DNA of 48,571 nt from Candidatus Thorarchaeota archaeon (GTDB taxonomy: Archaea; Asgardarchaeota; Thorarchaeia; Thorarchaeales; Thorarchaeaceae), in the NCBI GenBank assembly GCA_011364905.1, contig RDNZ01000020.1:1-48571 (forward strand), written 5' to 3'. The notes beneath the pieces are model-generated. The model ran no database searches. It was not told where the DNA came from and saw only the letters and a list, made by a program, of their open reading frames with translations. This document shows, piece after piece, positions 27,967 to 37,957 of this stretch; positions within the stretch are counted from its first letter, which is position 1, and the number at the start of each line of letters is the position of its first letter. The translations under genes and the position numbers were made by a program.

Positions 27967-28110
27967 TTAGACACCCTTGACACGCTTCACGACTGGAGGG
28001 CGTATCTTGTACAGAATTCTACCCCCACAATATGGACATTTGACGCCTGGTAGGGTCCTCAAACCTTCAGGGGTAACTTCCTTGTGGCATTTATGACATA
28101 CGTAAACCAT
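27967..28110 (-). CDS. rpoP: DNA-directed RNA polymerase subunit Rpo12 (P)
   Basis: Not in ORF track. MVYVCHKCHKEV..PGVKCPYCGGRILYKIRPPVVKRVKGV; GGTGA RBS. Confidence 0.93.
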   Translation of the reverse strand: MVYVCHKCHKEVTPEGLRTLPGVKCPYCGGRILYKIRPPVVKRVKGV

Positions 28111-28167
28111 TCCAGTCACCACTGGTCCTCGCGGCGTGTGGCAATATGAAGCTTTTCTTTGGACAGT

Positions 28168-29766
28168 TCATGACAAGGGAGATGTATCCACGACTTTCCC
28201 CTCGACCAGACTCGCACTCAGTACCTTGTTCACTCTGACATTGAGAAACGTCCCTGTAGAGAATCCGCCAGATACGGTCATGAGAGGACCTTCCTCAAGC
28301 GGGTAGACCATTGTAAACCCATGATGTGTCCTCGATGGTTCTGCAGCTATTCCTAATACTGTTTTACCAAGATAGCGCTCTTTCTTTTGACGGTTAATCC
28401 TCTCTGCCTCTTTCCGGAGAAGCACACCAAACTCATTCTTTACTGATGATTCTGGATAATTGGCAAAAGCTGATCCAGGCAATGCTCTAAAGCCATAGAG
28501 GATTATCCTCTCTGCTCCAGCATCACTGACTGCGCGCATCATGTTGATCGATTGTTCTGTTGTTTTTGCATCTTCACCAGGCAATCCGTATATCAGATAG
28601 ACAAAGGGCTTCATGTCATAAGTTCGAGCCACCTTCACAGCACGGATGACATCATTAGGACTTCCACACTTTCCAATCTGTTGCATGTGGTAGTCAGATC
28701 CTGTTTCCAGCCCAATATTAGGAGAGCTGGAGACCATTGATCTCTTTAAGGTTCTAGCAACCTCCTCGGTAAAGAGACATGCTTTCATATTCTCAATAGC
28801 AATATGAGCTGTCCTCTCAGACACCTGTGGCAGTGACCTCAATCGTTCTAGAAGATCTTCAATGGCTAGGAGATTGGCTTTAGGATAACACGGATCAGTG
28901 AGAGGTTCCTTTCCCCGCATGAAGTCTAAGAACCCCGGTGCCTCGAGAACGACTCTATGCACACCCAGGTCCAAGAGTTCTTTGATCTCTAGAACGATAG
29001 ATTCAACTGAGCGACTTCGCGGAGGGCCCCAAGTACCGGGGACACTACAGAACCCACATCCAGGGGGTATGCCTTCCGGGCAGTCCATGCGTGTGAGAGA
29101 ATCTCCGGAGTCGCAGTTTCCACATTCGGAGCATTGTGATCCATCAGCAAGGGGGTATTTTGTCCTATGAAAGTTTGAACAGCCTCGGAGAATCTCAACA
29201 TAGACCTTGCAGGCTTCGTAGGTCTTGTAGTCGATGATTCTTGTGGTTGACGGGTGGTATGCTTCGGACAAATCCTTTGATGATATAGGAGTCCTTGCTG
29301 CATTGATTTGGGGAATATCCGAGTCTAGATAGGCGATACCTCGAATATCTGCTAGTACTATATTCTCATCCAAAAAGTCGTTCGTCAGTAGCTCATCGAG
29401 CGTTGCCTCCCCTTCACCAATCACAAGTATATCTGGCTTTGTTTGTTTGAGTATGAGATTGGGTTCTGATGTAATAGGACCACCGATAAGTACACGGCCC
29501 TTGGGTCTGCTTTGACGCCACCTCTTGACCATTTTTTGAACAACAACAACATCCATGGTCATGGCACTTATGGCTAGGTGATCGAACTGCTTCAGGACAG
29601 TCTTTTTTGCAAGAACATCCTCCACTCTGTGGATAACACATTGAATCCCGTGTTTCTCAAACACGCCTGCTACTGCTCGGGGACCGCATCCAATCGAATC
29701 TCTAGAACTGGTCCGTTGACCGGAACCAGCGCTCAGAGCATCAAGGATGAGGACTCGATTCGACAT
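28168..29766 (-). CDS. B12-binding-domain radical SAM protein with C-terminal TRAM-like domain
   Basis: IGGP, IGEGE, EILRGCSNF...GCGFCSVP, IGLETGS, LIYGLPGE. Confidence 0.88.
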   Translation of the reverse strand: MSNRVLILDALSAGSGQRTSSRDSIGCGPRAVAGVFEKHGIQCVIHRVEDVLAKKTVLKQFDHLAISAMTMDVVVVQKMVKRWRQSRPKGRVLIGGPITSEPNLILKQTKPDILVIGEGEATLDELLTNDFLDENIVLADIRGIAYLDSDIPQINAARTPISSKDLSEAYHPSTTRIIDYKTYEACKVYVEILRGCSNFHRTKYPLADGSQCSECGNCDSGDSLTRMDCPEGIPPGCGFCSVPGTWGPPRSRSVESIVLEIKELLDLGVHRVVLEAPGFLDFMRGKEPLTDPCYPKANLLAIEDLLERLRSLPQVSERTAHIAIENMKACLFTEEVARTLKRSMVSSSPNIGLETGSDYHMQQIGKCGSPNDVIRAVKVARTYDMKPFVYLIYGLPGEDAKTTEQSINMMRAVSDAGAERIILYGFRALPGSAFANYPESSVKNEFGVLLRKEAERINRQKKERYLGKTVLGIAAEPSRTHHGFTMVYPLEEGPLMTVSGGFSTGTFLNVRVNKVLSASLVEGKVVDTSPLS

Positions 29767-29912
29767 CTTCTTCTAAATCCTCATGAGACTTACTCTTTAC
29801 TGTTGCCTAACAGTATTTTTGCCTCGACTCATAGCACTTTTAAGGTGCTAGGGACAATGCATTCTAAGGCTCTAAAATGAATTTAAGCCTAAAATAAGGA
29901 GTACAATACTTA

Positions 29913-30257
29913 GTGAGCGACGACGCAGGCGAAATTTGCCCGAACTGTGGATTGCCTAAGGACCTGTGTGTTTGTGAAACAATAGCGCAGGAAGAGGCAA
30001 GGATTTCTGTGACGATTGAACGAAGAAAATGGGGTCGTTTGACTACGATTGTCGAAGGTTTTGACAAGAACATCGACCTCAGCGATTTATCAACCAAGCT
30101 CAAAGCAAGACTTGCTTGTGGAGGTGCTGCAAAGCATGGCCATATAGAGCTTCAGGGAGACCACCGAGGAAATATCCAACAGGTGCTTGCCAAACTGGGA
30201 TTTCCAGAAGAGATGGTCCAGGTTGACTGGTCGTTTAGCGCCTCAGGAAGAAGGTAG
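29913..30257 (+). CDS. Translation initiation factor aIF1/SUI1
   Basis: CPNCGLPKDLCVC, RRKWGR, KLKARLACGG, IELQGDHR. Confidence 0.95.
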   Translation: MSDDAGEICPNCGLPKDLCVCETIAQEEARISVTIERRKWGRLTTIVEGFDKNIDLSDLSTKLKARLACGGAAKHGHIELQGDHRGNIQQVLAKLGFPEEMVQVDWSFSASGRR

Positions 30258-30276
30258 TGATAACTGACATACTCAT

Positions 30277-30309
30277 TTGAGGGCGGTCCTCAACGGGTAT
30301 GATCATACC
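30277..30309. terminator. Hairpin plus 14-bp palindrome between convergent aIF1 and tfb
   Basis: TTGAGG/CCTCAA stem and GGTATGATCATACC palindrome. Confidence 0.35.
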
Positions 30310-30332
30310 AATAGTTGATTTTGGTCATTACA

Positions 30333-31301
30333 TTATCCAAGTGTCATGGGATCAATCCCGAGTTTCTTGACAATCTCTTTGTATCGATTTCTAACAGTCA
30401 CCTCTGTTACTCGAGCCACCTCAGCTATCTCGCGTTGAGTCCTGCGTTCGTCAAGCATGATGGATGCCACATAGATAGCTGCTGCAGCCAGACCTAGCGG
30501 GTCTCTGCCTATTGTGAGACCTATGTCTCTGCTTCTTTGAAGAATCTCAACAGTCCTTAACTGGACTGGACTGGATAGCGACAATTGAGATGCAAACCGT
30601 GAGATATAGTCAATCGGATTGCTGAGTGGTATCTTGATTGCTAGACTCCGGAGTAGCAATCTATAGCATTGGCCTAGTTTCTTCTTATCCACCCGGGATG
30701 CATCAGCAACCTCATCAAGTGGTCGAGGTTTCATTCTGATTCTACATGCAGCATAAAGGGTTGCCGCCACCATTGCCTCAATCGAGCGACCCCTAACTAG
30801 TTTTTGAATAATCGACTTTCGATACAAGAGTGCCGCCAATTCGCGGATTGGCCCAGGAATGCCCAGTTGAGAAGATAGACGTTCTAGTTCAGACATTGCC
30901 TGTGCAAGATTGCGGTCCATTGAACTATGAACACGAGACCGTATCTGCCATTTTCGTAGTCGATATATCTCTGACCGACGAGTAGGACTGAGTTTTTTTC
31001 CAGATGTGTCGCGGTCTCTCCAATCTATCACGGTCGAGAGACCCTTGTCATGGACTGTATATCGGGTAGGCGCACCAACACGACTTCGGGCGTCGTTCTC
31101 TTCGGTACTAAAAGCTCGCCACTCAGCACCCGTATCAATTCGATGATCTGACAGTACCAGACCACACCCACCGCAGACCCTCTCCCCGCGGGTCGTATCT
31201 TCAACAACGGAGGTGGAACCGCACTCAGAACATGCGATTGGTTCCTTTGTTGATTCTGAGATGGTATCCTTTCTATCAGTAGTGCCACGTGTCTGGTCCA
31301 A
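30333..31301 (-). CDS. tfb: Transcription initiation factor IIB (TFB paralogue 2)
   Basis: CSECG..CGGCG, GAEWRAF, RVGAP..HDKGLST, RGRSIE, GRDP, RTQREIA..VTEVTVRNRY. Confidence 0.97.
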   Translation of the reverse strand: MDQTRGTTDRKDTISESTKEPIACSECGSTSVVEDTTRGERVCGGCGLVLSDHRIDTGAEWRAFSTEENDARSRVGAPTRYTVHDKGLSTVIDWRDRDTSGKKLSPTRRSEIYRLRKWQIRSRVHSSMDRNLAQAMSELERLSSQLGIPGPIRELAALLYRKSIIQKLVRGRSIEAMVAATLYAACRIRMKPRPLDEVADASRVDKKKLGQCYRLLLRSLAIKIPLSNPIDYISRFASQLSLSSPVQLRTVEILQRSRDIGLTIGRDPLGLAAAAIYVASIMLDERRTQREIAEVARVTEVTVRNRYKEIVKKLGIDPMTLG

Positions 31302-31459
31302 TGCCTCTCCTCCTCGTAGTCGAAACCCGGATTATAACTGTCAGTGTTCACTGTTTAGTCTTAGTTCGAGGACAGTCTCCCGGAAATCCACAAAAAGCAG
31401 TTTAGGAAAATTTTCTTTTAATTGTTCTGAATTTCTTGCAATGGCACAATTGGCTCAGG

Positions 31460-32392
31460 CTACGTGGTTCTTTCATGGCCTCGTTCAGTAATGATGATGG
31501 TATGCTCGTGCTGAGACACAAATTCACCCTTTTCCTCTGAAAGGATATGATGTGCGAATAGCGCGCCGTTCTTCTCCAATTCTTTGATGGCCATCTCAAG
31601 TGATGCTGGAGACATCTTCTCAGCCATCCATCTCTTAGCAAATGGGAACTCCTTGTATTGCTTCCTGGCAATCCCCAAGAACTGCTTTGTTCCCCTGAAA
31701 CGTACTGGAACTCGCATAGGAAGCAGCTGATAGATGAGAGGCCGCGGTAGGTCTGTTATATTGCCTGATCCGGTACTGGCAAACGTTTCGATAGCATAAG
31801 CCTCGCCTTCCTCCACAAGAACTTCAGACTTACCGGAAACACAGGGCACTTGTTTCTCAGCATGAAGCTCGTATTCCTTCAATTGATGTCCCGAGAGTTG
31901 CTTTATTGGCTCAAAACCAGCAGATTTGATTGTGTCTTCTATGAGTGCGCCAATGGTGTTCAGTTTGGCTCCAGGACGCATCATCTGAATAGCCACATTG
32001 GTGGCATCCACCGCAGCCTTGACTAAAGCTTCATGGTCAGGGTTGAGCGCAATTGTAAATGCTGTGTCTGCAATACAACCGTCAACATGAGAACCACAGT
32101 CGACTGTCACAAGATCTCCTTCCTCAATGACAGTTTCATCATTGAGCGGAGATGTATAATGTGCAGCAATGTTATTGAGTGCTACATTACAGGGGAAAGA
32201 TGTGCCCGAAGCATGCTCGCGAATATAGTCTTCTACGGAGTTGATTATATCAAGAACCTTTGTGCCTGGTTTCACCATAGGTCGTGCCAAGTCCAAAGCC
32301 TCACGAGCTACAACTCCAGCACGACGCCAATTAGCCCAGGTATCCTCTGGCTCGTCATCTTCTTTCTTGTCAACTGGTTTGTCATCGGCCAT
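31460..32392 (-). CDS. map: Methionine aminopeptidase type II
   Basis: FPCN..AAHYT, D.GSHVDGCIADTA, SGH, AIETFAS, SQHEHT. Confidence 0.95.
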   Translation of the reverse strand: MADDKPVDKKEDDEPEDTWANWRRAGVVAREALDLARPMVKPGTKVLDIINSVEDYIREHASGTSFPCNVALNNIAAHYTSPLNDETVIEEGDLVTVDCGSHVDGCIADTAFTIALNPDHEALVKAAVDATNVAIQMMRPGAKLNTIGALIEDTIKSAGFEPIKQLSGHQLKEYELHAEKQVPCVSGKSEVLVEEGEAYAIETFASTGSGNITDLPRPLIYQLLPMRVPVRFRGTKQFLGIARKQYKEFPFAKRWMAEKMSPASLEMAIKELEKNGALFAHHILSEEKGEFVSQHEHTIIITERGHERTT

Positions 32393-32452
32393 GATATCAC
32401 CAACGATTAGCGTCGTGAAGGGGAGGCAAGATAAAAGTGCCGGAAAGACCAG

Positions 32453-32848
32453 CTAGGAAAGGACCTTTTCAATGCGTTTGGCTATACGAGTCATCATGAA
32501 AAACATGTAACCAATGTTTGCACGTTTGTTTGTGAGGACTGCAAGAATCGCGTCCGCGCCAGCATCGCAAATGATGACATAGCCGGTTTCACCCTCAATC
32601 AGCATTCTCACAAGCGGGCCTCGTTTGAGCTGTTTGAAGACCTTTCTTGTTGCTTCCTGTATCTGGGTGGACCGTCCTGCTATTACGTCTTCGTCAGGAA
32701 CCGTGCTCTCATCAATTCCCTCGGGATAATACGTGGAAATTGTAAGACCCTGGGATTTTGAGATTACAGCACTAGCTTCAACATTTCCCTGAGAGGCTCT
32801 GCTAAGGTCCAATAAAAGTTCATTCAACAGTTCAGTCTTTGAGGACAA
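32453..32848 (-). CDS. Roadblock/LC7 domain protein
   Basis: VEASAVIS..GL.I, QLKRGPL..MLIEGETGYVII..AG.DAILAVL..ANIG. Confidence 0.88.
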   Translation of the reverse strand: MSSKTELLNELLLDLSRASQGNVEASAVISKSQGLTISTYYPEGIDESTVPDEDVIAGRSTQIQEATRKVFKQLKRGPLVRMLIEGETGYVIICDAGADAILAVLTNKRANIGYMFFMMTRIAKRIEKVLS

Positions 32849-32898
32849 GGTAAGGCAAACCTCCCATGGCGTCTTTTGTCACGTAGGTTGTCAAGTAT

Positions 32899-33675
32899 TT
32901 AAACTCTCTTGGCGCCAGCTTTCTTAAGTCCCTTGATTATCTTGGCTAATCCCGCTCCGCCATCTTTCTGGACTTGTTTTTCGAGATATGTTCCTTGCAC
33001 AACGATGGACGCACCAGATTCTATGGCTGTTATTACGGATTCCTCATCATTGAACCCACCGCCCGTAATCAATGGAATATCAATGAATTTGGTCACCGTC
33101 GAGATCATCTCTGGAGGTACGCCACCTCCCTCTGCGCCACTTCCAGCCTCAAGATAAACAAGCTTCATGCCGAGTAGTTCAGCGGCAATTGCGTACATTG
33201 TAGGGAGTTTGGGTTTATCCCTCAGAAATGGTTTGGCATCGCCAACCCATGATGCAGTCTTGCCGGGAGCAACGATGAGGTAAGCCATGGGGATGGTTTC
33301 AATGCCTGTGAGTTTGACCTTTGGTGCAGCTAGTGCCTGTGCCCCAATTATATAGTAAGGATTCGTACTGTTGAGAAGTGACATGAAAAACATGGCATCA
33401 GCATGCTCTGAAACACCCGTTATGTTGCCTGGAAACAAGATAGTTGGAATTTCTACAGCATCCTTGATATGAGCGACTGCATCATCGATGACTCCAAAGA
33501 TGGTACTTCCTCCAATCATGAGGGCATCACTTCCAGCCTTTTCCGCAAGAGTGGCAATCTCCACTACACTCTCGATAGATGTTGACAAGGGATCTGGATC
33601 GAGGAGAGAGAAGTGACAAGCACCCTCAGTTTCCAGCTTCTTGGTGATGTAGTTCCAAACCTTACCGGCCATCAT
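32899..33675 (-). CDS. Geranylgeranylglyceryl phosphate synthase
   Basis: HFSLLDPD, MIGGST, ILFPG, MSLLNS.NPY, YLEAGSGA, TGGG. Confidence 0.95.
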   Translation of the reverse strand: MMAGKVWNYITKKLETEGACHFSLLDPDPLSTSIESVVEIATLAEKAGSDALMIGGSTIFGVIDDAVAHIKDAVEIPTILFPGNITGVSEHADAMFFMSLLNSTNPYYIIGAQALAAPKVKLTGIETIPMAYLIVAPGKTASWVGDAKPFLRDKPKLPTMYAIAAELLGMKLVYLEAGSGAEGGGVPPEMISTVTKFIDIPLITGGGFNDEESVITAIESGASIVVQGTYLEKQVQKDGGAGLAKIIKGLKKAGAKRV

Positions 33676-33901
33676 GTTGCCTCCAATTGTAAATGCCTCC
33701 CTTGGCTGGTGGCTTTTTACGCTTTTGGTGAACTTGTTCCTCCATCAAAATCTGATTAATGTGTTTGGTCCGATGGATGAATTGGCAAGTTCTTCAGGTT
33801 TCTGAAATATTGTGAAGAATTGCATGTCAGCGATTCTCAACCTTTATTACCTATATTGGGTGAGTCTGCCAAGTTGCGTTCTGCAGAACGAGGACTGGCA
33901 A

Positions 33902-36466
33902 ATGACCACGGATGACCCAAAAGAGAGAAGTGCAGGACCTTCACAAGTGGAAGTTTCAACCACAGACCCTGAACTCCGAATCGGTGTATTCCCTTGCAAA
34001 TGTGGTAAGAATATCGGCGCTGTAGTTGATATCGATGATGTTGCAGAGTATGCCAAGACGCTTCCGGGTGTTGCTCATGTGCAGGTGAATGTGTACACTT
34101 GTGCAGATCCAGGACAGAGGGAGATTCAACAAGCAATAGCAGAGCATGGTCTCAATCGCGTAGTTGTCGCATCGTGTAGTCCGACAATGCATGAGGACAC
34201 GTTCAGGAAGACTGTGAAAGCTGCTGGGCTTAATCCATACTTATGCATCATGGCTAACATCAGAGAACACGTGTCGTGGGTCCATCAACACAATCCAGAA
34301 GAAGCCACTCAGAAAGCAAAGGACCTAGTCGCCATGGCGGTTGCAAAAGCAGCCACTCTTCAACCGCAACCTGAACTGGACGTCCCAGTGACTCAGGCGG
34401 CTCTTGTCGTAGGCGCCGGCGTTGCAGGAATGCAGGCATCTCTTGACCTTGCTGAAGCAGGTTTCAAGGTGCACCTGATTGAGAAGCAACCGACCATTGG
34501 AGGCATCATGGCGATTCTTGACAAAGTATTCCCCCAAAACGACTGCTCTATCTGCATTCTCGGACCCAAGATGGTGGATGTAGCAAAGCATCCAAACATC
34601 AACCTAATCACCATGGCCGAGGTTGAGTCAGTTTCAGGGTATGTTGGTAACTTCGAAGTGAGAGTGAAACAACGAGCAAGGTACGTTGACATCGATGCTT
34701 GCACCTCATGCGGAGACTGCGTAGAAGTATGTCCTGTAGATGTCCCAAGTCGGACGGACCAGAGTCTTACTTGGCAAAAGGCAATTCAGATCCCGTTCCC
34801 ACAAGCAGTGCCCTCATCATACTTCGTTGACCCAGATGCATGTCTAGGCATGGATCTGATTCGATGCGGAAAATGCATAGATCGATGTGAACAGGAAGCT
34901 ATAGTCCCATCAGATCAAGACAAGTACATTGACCTTGACGCAGGAGTAATTATACTAGCAACTGGGTTCAAGCCGGCAGAACCAAGCAAGATACCACGTC
35001 TTGGGTGGGGCAGATATCCTAATGTCATAACGTCCCTTGAGTTCGAACGTCTCATCAATGCAGCGGGCCCGACAGGAGGCTCTCTTGTGAGACCCTCAGA
35101 CCTTACTAAACCCAAGTCCGTCGCAATTGCACAGTGTGTTGGCTCACGGGACATCAATACCAGATCCGGCTGCTCGAACTTCTGTTGTGCAGAGTCAGTG
35201 AAGTGTGCTCTTCTTATCAAGGAGCACTACCCTGATACAGAGGTTTCAATCTTCTATCAGGACTTGCGGATGCATGGGAAATATTTCGAAGACCAGTATC
35301 AAAAAGCAAGAGAAGAAGGTATCAAATTCATTCGTGGACGGGTAGGGGAGATTCAGCAGTATCCGAAGACAAAGAGCCTTCGCGTGAGTGTTGAAGACAC
35401 AACCCACAACAAACTGCTTCTAGAGGACTTCGAAATGGTTATCCTCTCAATGGGTGCAGAGGGAGTCTCCGGCAACTTCCCGATTCCAATCTCTTGTACA
35501 AGCGACTCTTTCTATATTGAGTCACACCCAAAGCTCAGACCTGTTGATACAAGTTCAGCAGGAGTATTCATCTGCGGTGGCGCAGAGAGCCCAAAGGACA
35601 TTAGAGACTCTGTCATACAAGCAAGTGCAGCAGCCGGAAGGGCGGGTATCATTCTTCAAAAAGGCAGGTATCCCATTGAGGCACTCAGTGCGAAAATAAA
35701 ACAAGACCTCTGTAGTAGGTGCGGAACCTGTGTGAGCCGCTGTCCCTATGGAGCCATCTCGCAAGATGGCACTGGTAAGTTTACAGTGATGGGAGCGCTC
35801 TGTCAGGCCTGTGGAACATGCGCAGGTGACTGTCCAAAGGATGCAATCTATATGCCAAACTTCACGACTGAACAGATTGAGGCACAGATTAAGATTGCAC
35901 TCCAAGAGGACCCGGGAAACAAAATCGTTGCTTTTGCCTGTGCATTCTGTTCCTATCGCGGGTCGGACCTTGCAGGTGTTTCAAGAATGCAGCATCCAAC
36001 AAACGCCAGAATCATTCGGTCAATGTGCTCAGGAAGATACTCTACAAAGTTTGCTCAGAAAGCTTTTGAACTAGGAGCAGGAGCAGTTCTCTACTCAGGT
36101 TGTCATCTTCCATCAGATTGTCACTTCCAAACAGGTAATCACTGGATGGCAAAACGAGAGCCAAGAATAAGAGCTTGGATGAAAAGAAACAACATAGAGG
36201 ATGAGAGATTCAGAATAGAGTGGGTGACTGCCGGTGAGGGCAAAAAATGGCAGAATATCATGACCGAAATGGCAGAGGTTGTAAAAACACCTAGACAACA
36301 GATAGTCCCTTCAGTGTCGAAGAAACCCATAGATGAGAAGAGCAAGAGGCCAAGTAAAGCAAAAACGGACACAAGACCAAAAACCAAACCAAAGGCAAAA
36401 TCAAAGACTAAGTCTAGGGATACCAAGAAGAGTGCTAGTAAAAGGAAGGTCACAAAAAAGAAGTGA
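33902..36466 (+). CDS. hdrA: Heterodisulfide reductase subunit A fused to MvhD, with Lys-rich tail
   Basis: Start re-called at MTTDD. RIGVFPCKCGKNI, ASCSP, GAGVAG, DCSICIL, ferredoxin inserts, QCVGSRD, CSNFCC; MvhD part FACAFCSY..MCSGR..GCHLPSDCHF..GN. Confidence 0.95.
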   Translation: MTTDDPKERSAGPSQVEVSTTDPELRIGVFPCKCGKNIGAVVDIDDVAEYAKTLPGVAHVQVNVYTCADPGQREIQQAIAEHGLNRVVVASCSPTMHEDTFRKTVKAAGLNPYLCIMANIREHVSWVHQHNPEEATQKAKDLVAMAVAKAATLQPQPELDVPVTQAALVVGAGVAGMQASLDLAEAGFKVHLIEKQPTIGGIMAILDKVFPQNDCSICILGPKMVDVAKHPNINLITMAEVESVSGYVGNFEVRVKQRARYVDIDACTSCGDCVEVCPVDVPSRTDQSLTWQKAIQIPFPQAVPSSYFVDPDACLGMDLIRCGKCIDRCEQEAIVPSDQDKYIDLDAGVIILATGFKPAEPSKIPRLGWGRYPNVITSLEFERLINAAGPTGGSLVRPSDLTKPKSVAIAQCVGSRDINTRSGCSNFCCAESVKCALLIKEHYPDTEVSIFYQDLRMHGKYFEDQYQKAREEGIKFIRGRVGEIQQYPKTKSLRVSVEDTTHNKLLLEDFEMVILSMGAEGVSGNFPIPISCTSDSFYIESHPKLRPVDTSSAGVFICGGAESPKDIRDSVIQASAAAGRAGIILQKGRYPIEALSAKIKQDLCSRCGTCVSRCPYGAISQDGTGKFTVMGALCQACGTCAGDCPKDAIYMPNFTTEQIEAQIKIALQEDPGNKIVAFACAFCSYRGSDLAGVSRMQHPTNARIIRSMCSGRYSTKFAQKAFELGAGAVLYSGCHLPSDCHFQTGNHWMAKREPRIRAWMKRNNIEDERFRIEWVTAGEGKKWQNIMTEMAEVVKTPRQQIVPSVSKKPIDEKSKRPSKAKTDTRPKTKPKAKSKTKSRDTKKSASKRKVTKKK

Positions 36467-36470
36467 TGAC

Positions 36471-36971
36471 ATGGCGGATGATATTCAAAAGAGCAAGCTA
36501 GATGCACTCAAGAAAACAGCAAGACCGTGTTTCCAGTGTGGAATATGTACCTCATCCTGTCCTGTCTTCAGAGTGGCCCCTGAACTAAATCCAAGGGTGT
36601 CTGTTGATTCTATTATAACAAAGGGAGAGGTTCCAAGAGAGGGCAATGAGTGGTTGTGTGCCTATTGTTTAATGTGTGACCAAAGGTGCCCGATGGGCGT
36701 GTCGTTGGCTGAGATTCTGATGGAGATAAAGAATATCTCTGCACGAGAGGGGAAAGCACCTCCGGATGTCATTGAATCGGCAGAGTCGCTTATGGCAGAT
36801 GGCTGCCTTTCGCCTATTTCCAGCAGGTCGGATAAGAAACGAACAGAATTAGGATTACCGGACTTACCTAAGGCAGATCCAGCAGATGTGCAGAAGCTGT
36901 TTAAAGCAACAGGAGCCTTTGAGGTTCTGGAGATTAACAAAGCTGCGCAACAGGAGGAGGCTGCGGAATGA
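36471..36971 (+). CDS. hdrC: Heterodisulfide reductase subunit C
   Basis: CFQCGICTSSCP, WLCAYCLMCDQRCPMG; start re-called at MADDI. Confidence 0.92.
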   Translation: MADDIQKSKLDALKKTARPCFQCGICTSSCPVFRVAPELNPRVSVDSIITKGEVPREGNEWLCAYCLMCDQRCPMGVSLAEILMEIKNISAREGKAPPDVIESAESLMADGCLSPISSRSDKKRTELGLPDLPKADPADVQKLFKATGAFEVLEINKAAQQEEAAE

Positions 36972-37885
36972 AGTACGCATTCTTTCCTGGATGCACAATG
37001 GCCTATCGCCTGCCATTTGCAGAGAAGTCAGTAAGAATGATTGCACCTAAGTTCGACATTGAACTTGTCGATCTGCCATTCACATGCTGTCCAGAACCTA
37101 ATGCAATTCGAGCCATGTCTGATGACACATGGATAACCTTTGCAGCTAGAAACATTGCACTTGCAGAAAAAGAGGGGCTCAACATCCTGACGGCTTGCGC
37201 AGGATGTCATGAGTCCTTGTCTCTCGCTAAACATGAACTTGACGCAAGCCAAGAGAAAAAGGAAATGGTGAACGGAATTCTGAAGAACGTTGATGTTGAG
37301 TACAAAGGCACCTCCTCCATAATTCACGTCCATCAATTGCTGTTTGATGAAGTTGGAATTGAAACCTTATCAACAAAGGTGACCCGTCCAATCCCCATCA
37401 AAGTTGTGACGCACTCAGGCTGCCACCTCCTGAGACCTGAGAGGATACTTCATGTTGATGATGCCGAAGTTCCTGTGAAACTCGACTTGCTTTGTGAAGC
37501 CCTTGGGATGGAGCCGCTGGATTATATGGACAAGACCATGTGTTGCGGTGCAGGAGTCAGAAAGACAAATTCAGTCACATCGTATGCAGTACTCAGAGAG
37601 AAGCTGACCAGTATGGACATGGTTGAGCCACAGGCAATCGTTGTTTTCTGTCCAACCTGCTTCATAACATTTGAGTCTGGTCAGCGCGTGGTCAACAGAA
37701 TCTTTGGAACCAACTTCATGTTTCCAGTCTTCTACTACACAGAACTATTGGCACTTGCAATGGGGCTTCCTGATACTGACTTATTACTAGATGAACACAG
37801 GGTCAAGATTGATCTTCCAAAAACCAAGGAGGTACAGGATAAGGCCAAAGTTGATTTGGGGGATTCACTGGCATCGAGTCCGTAG
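36968..37885 (+). CDS. hdrB: Heterodisulfide reductase subunit B
   Basis: FFPGC, TCCP, ACAGC, HSGCHLLRP, MCCGAG, FCPTC (two CCG domains). Confidence 0.95.
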   Translation: MKYAFFPGCTMAYRLPFAEKSVRMIAPKFDIELVDLPFTCCPEPNAIRAMSDDTWITFAARNIALAEKEGLNILTACAGCHESLSLAKHELDASQEKKEMVNGILKNVDVEYKGTSSIIHVHQLLFDEVGIETLSTKVTRPIPIKVVTHSGCHLLRPERILHVDDAEVPVKLDLLCEALGMEPLDYMDKTMCCGAGVRKTNSVTSYAVLREKLTSMDMVEPQAIVVFCPTCFITFESGQRVVNRIFGTNFMFPVFYYTELLALAMGLPDTDLLLDEHRVKIDLPKTKEVQDKAKVDLGDSLASSP

Positions 37886-37957
37886 TAATCCAGGTGTAAT
37901 GACAGACGGCGTATGATGGTTTCATTTAGAGGTCTTTTTGAAGGAGAGAAGTATTTG

